Assembly: GCA_021847925.1 (NCBI GenBank)
Contig: JAJZNI010000164.1
Span: 1 to 60,884, forward strand
Direction: 5' to 3'
DNA length: 60,884 nucleotides
DNA from: a bacterium
GTDB taxonomy: Bacteria > Chloroflexota > Dormibacteria > Aeolococcales > Aeolococcaceae
Below are positions 58,085-60,884 of the stretch, piece after piece. The stretch's first letter is position 1, and every line of letters begins with the position of its first letter. The translations under genes and the position numbers were made by a program. A model generated the notes under the pieces. That model worked only from the letters and a program-made list of their open reading frames with translations, was not told the DNA's origin and did not search any database.

Positions 58085-58912
58085 ATGACCGGCCTCATCG
58101 TGGTCAAGGTCGGGGGCAGCCTGGAGCTCGACGCCGCGGGGCCGCTGCTCGACGAGCTGGCCGCCCTCCCCGCCCCGCTGGTGGTGGTGCACGGCGCGCA
58201 CCGCCAGCTCGACCGCCTCGCCACCCTCCTGGGCCATCCCCCGCGCATGGTGACGTCGGCGCGGGGCGAGGTCACCCGCTACACGGACGCCCAGACCATG
58301 GATCACTTCCTCATGGCGTACTGCGGGCTGGTCAACAAGCGCCTCGTCGAGGGGCTTCGCCGGCGCGGTGCGGACGCCGTGGGGCTCTCCGCGCTGGACG
58401 GCGGCATCGCCGTGGGCCGGCGGCGGCCGGACCTGCGGATCGTCGACCGGGGGCGGGCCAGGGTGCTCCACGACGACCACGCGGGGACCGTCGAGGAGGT
58501 GGACACCTCCCTGCTCCGCCTGCTCCTGGACAGCGGGCGCCTGCCGGTGCTCACCCCCCCGGCGATCTCGCGCGAGGGTGTGGCGCTGAATGTCGACGGG
58601 GACCGGCTCGCCGCCGAGGTGGCCGTGGCCCTCGAGGCCGAGCGGCTGGTCATCCTCATGGACACCCCCGGCCTGCTTCGCGACCCCGCCGACCCCACGA
58701 GCCTGGTGGAGCGGATCGAACCCGCCGCGCTCGAGGATCACCTTCCCCTCGCCCGCGGCCGGGCGCGCGTGAAGCTGAGAGCCGCACAGCGGGCCATCGC
58801 CGGCGGGGTCCGCGCCGTGGTGCTGGGGGATGGGCGGGGCGAGCGCCCCCTGGCACGCTGCGACCGGGGGGGTGGCACGTGGGTCACGGCCGGCGGCGGG
58901 CCGCCGCGCTGA
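58085..58912 (+). CDS. lysZ: [LysW]-aminoadipate kinase (ArgB-like)
   Basis: IVVKVGGS...VVVHGAHRQLD...YCGLVNKRLV...NVDGDRLAAEVAVAL...LVILMDTPGL amino-acid kinase family pattern, in the lys cluster. Confidence 0.85.
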   Translation: MTGLIVVKVGGSLELDAAGPLLDELAALPAPLVVVHGAHRQLDRLATLLGHPPRMVTSARGEVTRYTDAQTMDHFLMAYCGLVNKRLVEGLRRRGADAVGLSALDGGIAVGRRRPDLRIVDRGRARVLHDDHAGTVEEVDTSLLRLLLDSGRLPVLTPPAISREGVALNVDGDRLAAEVAVALEAERLVILMDTPGLLRDPADPTSLVERIEPAALEDHLPLARGRARVKLRAAQRAIAGGVRAVVLGDGRGERPLARCDRGGGTWVTAGGGPPR

Positions 58913-58987
58913 CCTGACCGCTCCAGCAGGTGGAGCTGCGCCGCTCCGCCGCGCAGAATGGCAGCGAACGCCCCGAGCAACGAGACC

Positions 58988-60884
58988 ATGAGCACCGCCC
59001 ACACCGCTCTCCGCATCGCGGTCGCGGCCGTCTTCCTGCTGGCCGCCCTGCTGGCGCTCCGCGACTGGCTGCGAGGCCGTGACCGCAGGCGCGGCTACGT
59101 GGCGGCCGCGCTCGGCTGCCTCGGGCTCGTCACCCTCAACGGACCGCTGGGACCGCTCGTCGGGCATCGCCCCATCGAGCTCTCCGTCGTGATCGTCCTC
59201 CTGATGGCCTCGGCCGCAGGGCTCCTCCTCTACCGCAACTCCATCGTCCGGCTCCCCCTCTGGGGCGCGGCCGTCGCCACGCTGGGGATCCTCGGCGCGA
59301 TCGCGGCCGCCTTCGCATCGGGGCTGCCCGCGGCTCATGGGCCCACGCTCGCGGGGAGCACCCCGCTGCAGCGCTCGGCCGCGGACGCCCTCATCGCCGT
59401 CTGGTGCCTCGCCGTCGTGGAGCCGGCGTACCGGCTGATCCGGGTCGCCTCCGGCCTCCCCCGGGTCCAGCGCTCGCGGCTGCGCTCGCTGGGCACCGGC
59501 TACGCCGTGGTGGCGGCCATCCTCGTCATCGGGGTGATCGCGGCGGAGTCGGCCGACGACCCCCGCGTGAGCCTCGGACTCGAAGCCCTCGCCCTCTGCT
59601 GCTCGCCGCTCTTCGTGGCCGGCTTCACGCCCCCGCGCGGCTGGCGCCGCCGCTGGCGCCAGGCCGAGCAGGAGGACCTGACCCGGGCCACGCGCGAGCT
59701 TCTGCTGGTATCCCCCGATCGCGCCACGCTCGCACGGCGCGCCCTGGAATGGGCGGTGCGCCTCCTGGGAGGCGCGGGCGGGCTCGTCGCCGGGATCGAG
59801 CCGGAGCTGCTCGCCGTGCAGGGGATGACCGAGGAGGAGGCGAGGGTGCTCCTCTCCGACCCCCGGCTGCGCGGGGCGGCGGCACCGGTCAGGGTGGGGC
59901 CGCGCGGACGGCAGGCGGTGGCCCGGACACTGCCGTTCGGGGCTGGCGAGGGACTTCTCGCGGTCGTCTCGGGCACCCTCTCCCCTCCCTTCGGGAGGGA
60001 CGACGTCGAGTGGCTCGACGCCTACTCCACCGCGCTGACCCTCGCCCTCGACCGCGTCCACGTGGCCGAGCTGTCGGCCCGCACCGAGGCCGAGCTGCGG
60101 TCGGCCCGCGACCTCGCCGAGGAGGCGAGCCGCGCCAAGAGCGAGTTCCTCTCCCGGATGAGCCACGAGCTGCGCACCCCGCTCACCGCCATGATCGGTT
60201 TCGCCGAGCTGCTGCTCCTCGAGGAGCTGAGCGACACGCAGCGCCACCACGTCCGCACCATCCTCAAGGCGGGCGACCACCTCCTCGCCCTGATCAACGA
60301 CATCCTGGACATCGCGCGCATCGAGGAGGGCCGGCTCGCCCTCGCCCCCGAGCCCGTCGCGGTGGCGGCCATCGTGAGCGAGGTCCTCGACCTGGTGCGG
60401 CCCATGGCCGCCGAGCGGGAGGTGGCGGTGGACGCCGGCGGGGTGGGCGCGGAGCTGCGCGTGGACGCCGACGGCCAGCGCCTCACGCAGGTGCTGCTCA
60501 ACCTCGTGAGCAACGCGGTGAAGTACAACCGGCGCGGAGGCCGCGCGGAGATCTCGGCCGCGCGCCGCGGCGAGGCGGTGCGCATCTCGGTGCGGGACAG
60601 CGGCCCCGGGCTCAGCGCCGACGAGGTGGGGAGGCTCTTCTCCCCCTTCGAGAGGCTCTCCGCGGCGGCCTCCGGGATCGAGGGGACGGGGCTGGGCCTC
60701 GCGCTCTCCAAGTCTCTCCTGGAGGCGATGGGGGGCCGGATCGGCGTCGACAGCTCCCCGGGGCACGGGAGCACCTTCTGGGTGGAGCTGCCGGCCGGGG
60801 CCGCGGCTGGCGCGGGGGAGCCCCGCGCCTCCCCTCGCCGGCGCCCACGGGTGCGCGACGGGGACGGCACGGCGCCGAGGTCCG
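58988..60884 (+). CDS. Membrane-bound sensor histidine kinase (3' end beyond the window)
   Basis: The frame is open from ATG 58988 to the window end (absent from the ORF track). N-terminal TM helices (AVAAVFLLAALLAL..., SVVIVLLMASAAGLLLY...). HisKA KSEFLSRMSHELRTPLTAMIGF. HATPase NLVSNAVKYN...DSGPGL...GTGLGLALSKSL. Confidence 0.8.
   Translation, partial: MSTAHTALRIAVAAVFLLAALLALRDWLRGRDRRRGYVAAALGCLGLVTLNGPLGPLVGHRPIELSVVIVLLMASAAGLLLYRNSIVRLPLWGAAVATLGILGAIAAAFASGLPAAHGPTLAGSTPLQRSAADALIAVWCLAVVEPAYRLIRVASGLPRVQRSRLRSLGTGYAVVAAILVIGVIAAESADDPRVSLGLEALALCCSPLFVAGFTPPRGWRRRWRQAEQEDLTRATRELLLVSPDRATLARRALEWAVRLLGGAGGLVAGIEPELLAVQGMTEEEARVLLSDPRLRGAAAPVRVGPRGRQAVARTLPFGAGEGLLAVVSGTLSPPFGRDDVEWLDAYSTALTLALDRVHVAELSARTEAELRSARDLAEEASRAKSEFLSRMSHELRTPLTAMIGFAELLLLEELSDTQRHHVRTILKAGDHLLALINDILDIARIEEGRLALAPEPVAVAAIVSEVLDLVRPMAAEREVAVDAGGVGAELRVDADGQRLTQVLLNLVSNAVKYNRRGGRAEISAARRGEAVRISVRDSGPGLSADEVGRLFSPFERLSAAASGIEGTGLGLALSKSLLEAMGGRIGVDSSPGHGSTFWVELPAGAAAGAGEPRASPRRRPRVRDGDGTAPRS

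Overview
High-GC bacterial chromosomal segment, probably Actinomycetota/Chloroflexota-like or a related Terrabacteria lineage. That guess rests on a mycobacterial Sdh1-type succinate dehydrogenase, several F420/LLM-class oxidoreductases, Tad-pilus genes and a LysW-type lysine pathway. Most of the window is core metabolism: a sugar ABC permease and binding protein (divergent), tadA, nth, mdh, sdhCAB, gltB and gltD (not adjacent), a processive GT2 glycosyltransferase, a glycerophosphodiester phosphodiesterase and an MFS transporter. Further on come a YheO-like regulator/RidA/ThrC-like/LLM operon, a second sugar ABC system with an M24 peptidase, a cpaB-tadB-tadC fragment, and a complete-looking alpha-aminoadipate (LysW carrier) lysine cluster (50.7-58.9 kb) behind a consensus-like promoter and a leader hairpin. 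lysW (59 aa) is real but falls below the ORF-track length cutoff. The accessory-looking patch is about 20.9-28.2 kb. It starts at a divergent tRNA-His/tRNA-Arg(UCU) pair. Next to it is a visibly lower-GC gene for a soluble protein with two tandem Ser/Thr-kinase domains. Then come a GNAT, a cold-shock protein and a nitroreductase. The best candidate for an undescribed system follows: a two-gene module made of a Rad50/SbcC-like ABC ATPase (CPVCG zinc hook in a long coiled-coil insertion, C-terminal HEPN/DUF4145-like LRICNRGAH motif) translationally coupled (GTGGCTGA overlap) to a small ORF. That small ORF looks like a paralogue of the ATPase C-terminal domain, with Asn in place of the motif Arg. 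Other notable items are two tandem paralogous cytoplasmic histidine kinases whose sensor is a LacI-type sugar-binding domain without an HTH, and two structured tandem DNA repeats (54 bp and 45 bp). Many very long ORFs in the track are antisense artefacts of high GC and were rejected. All functional calls come from by-eye motif and homology recognition; no searches were run.
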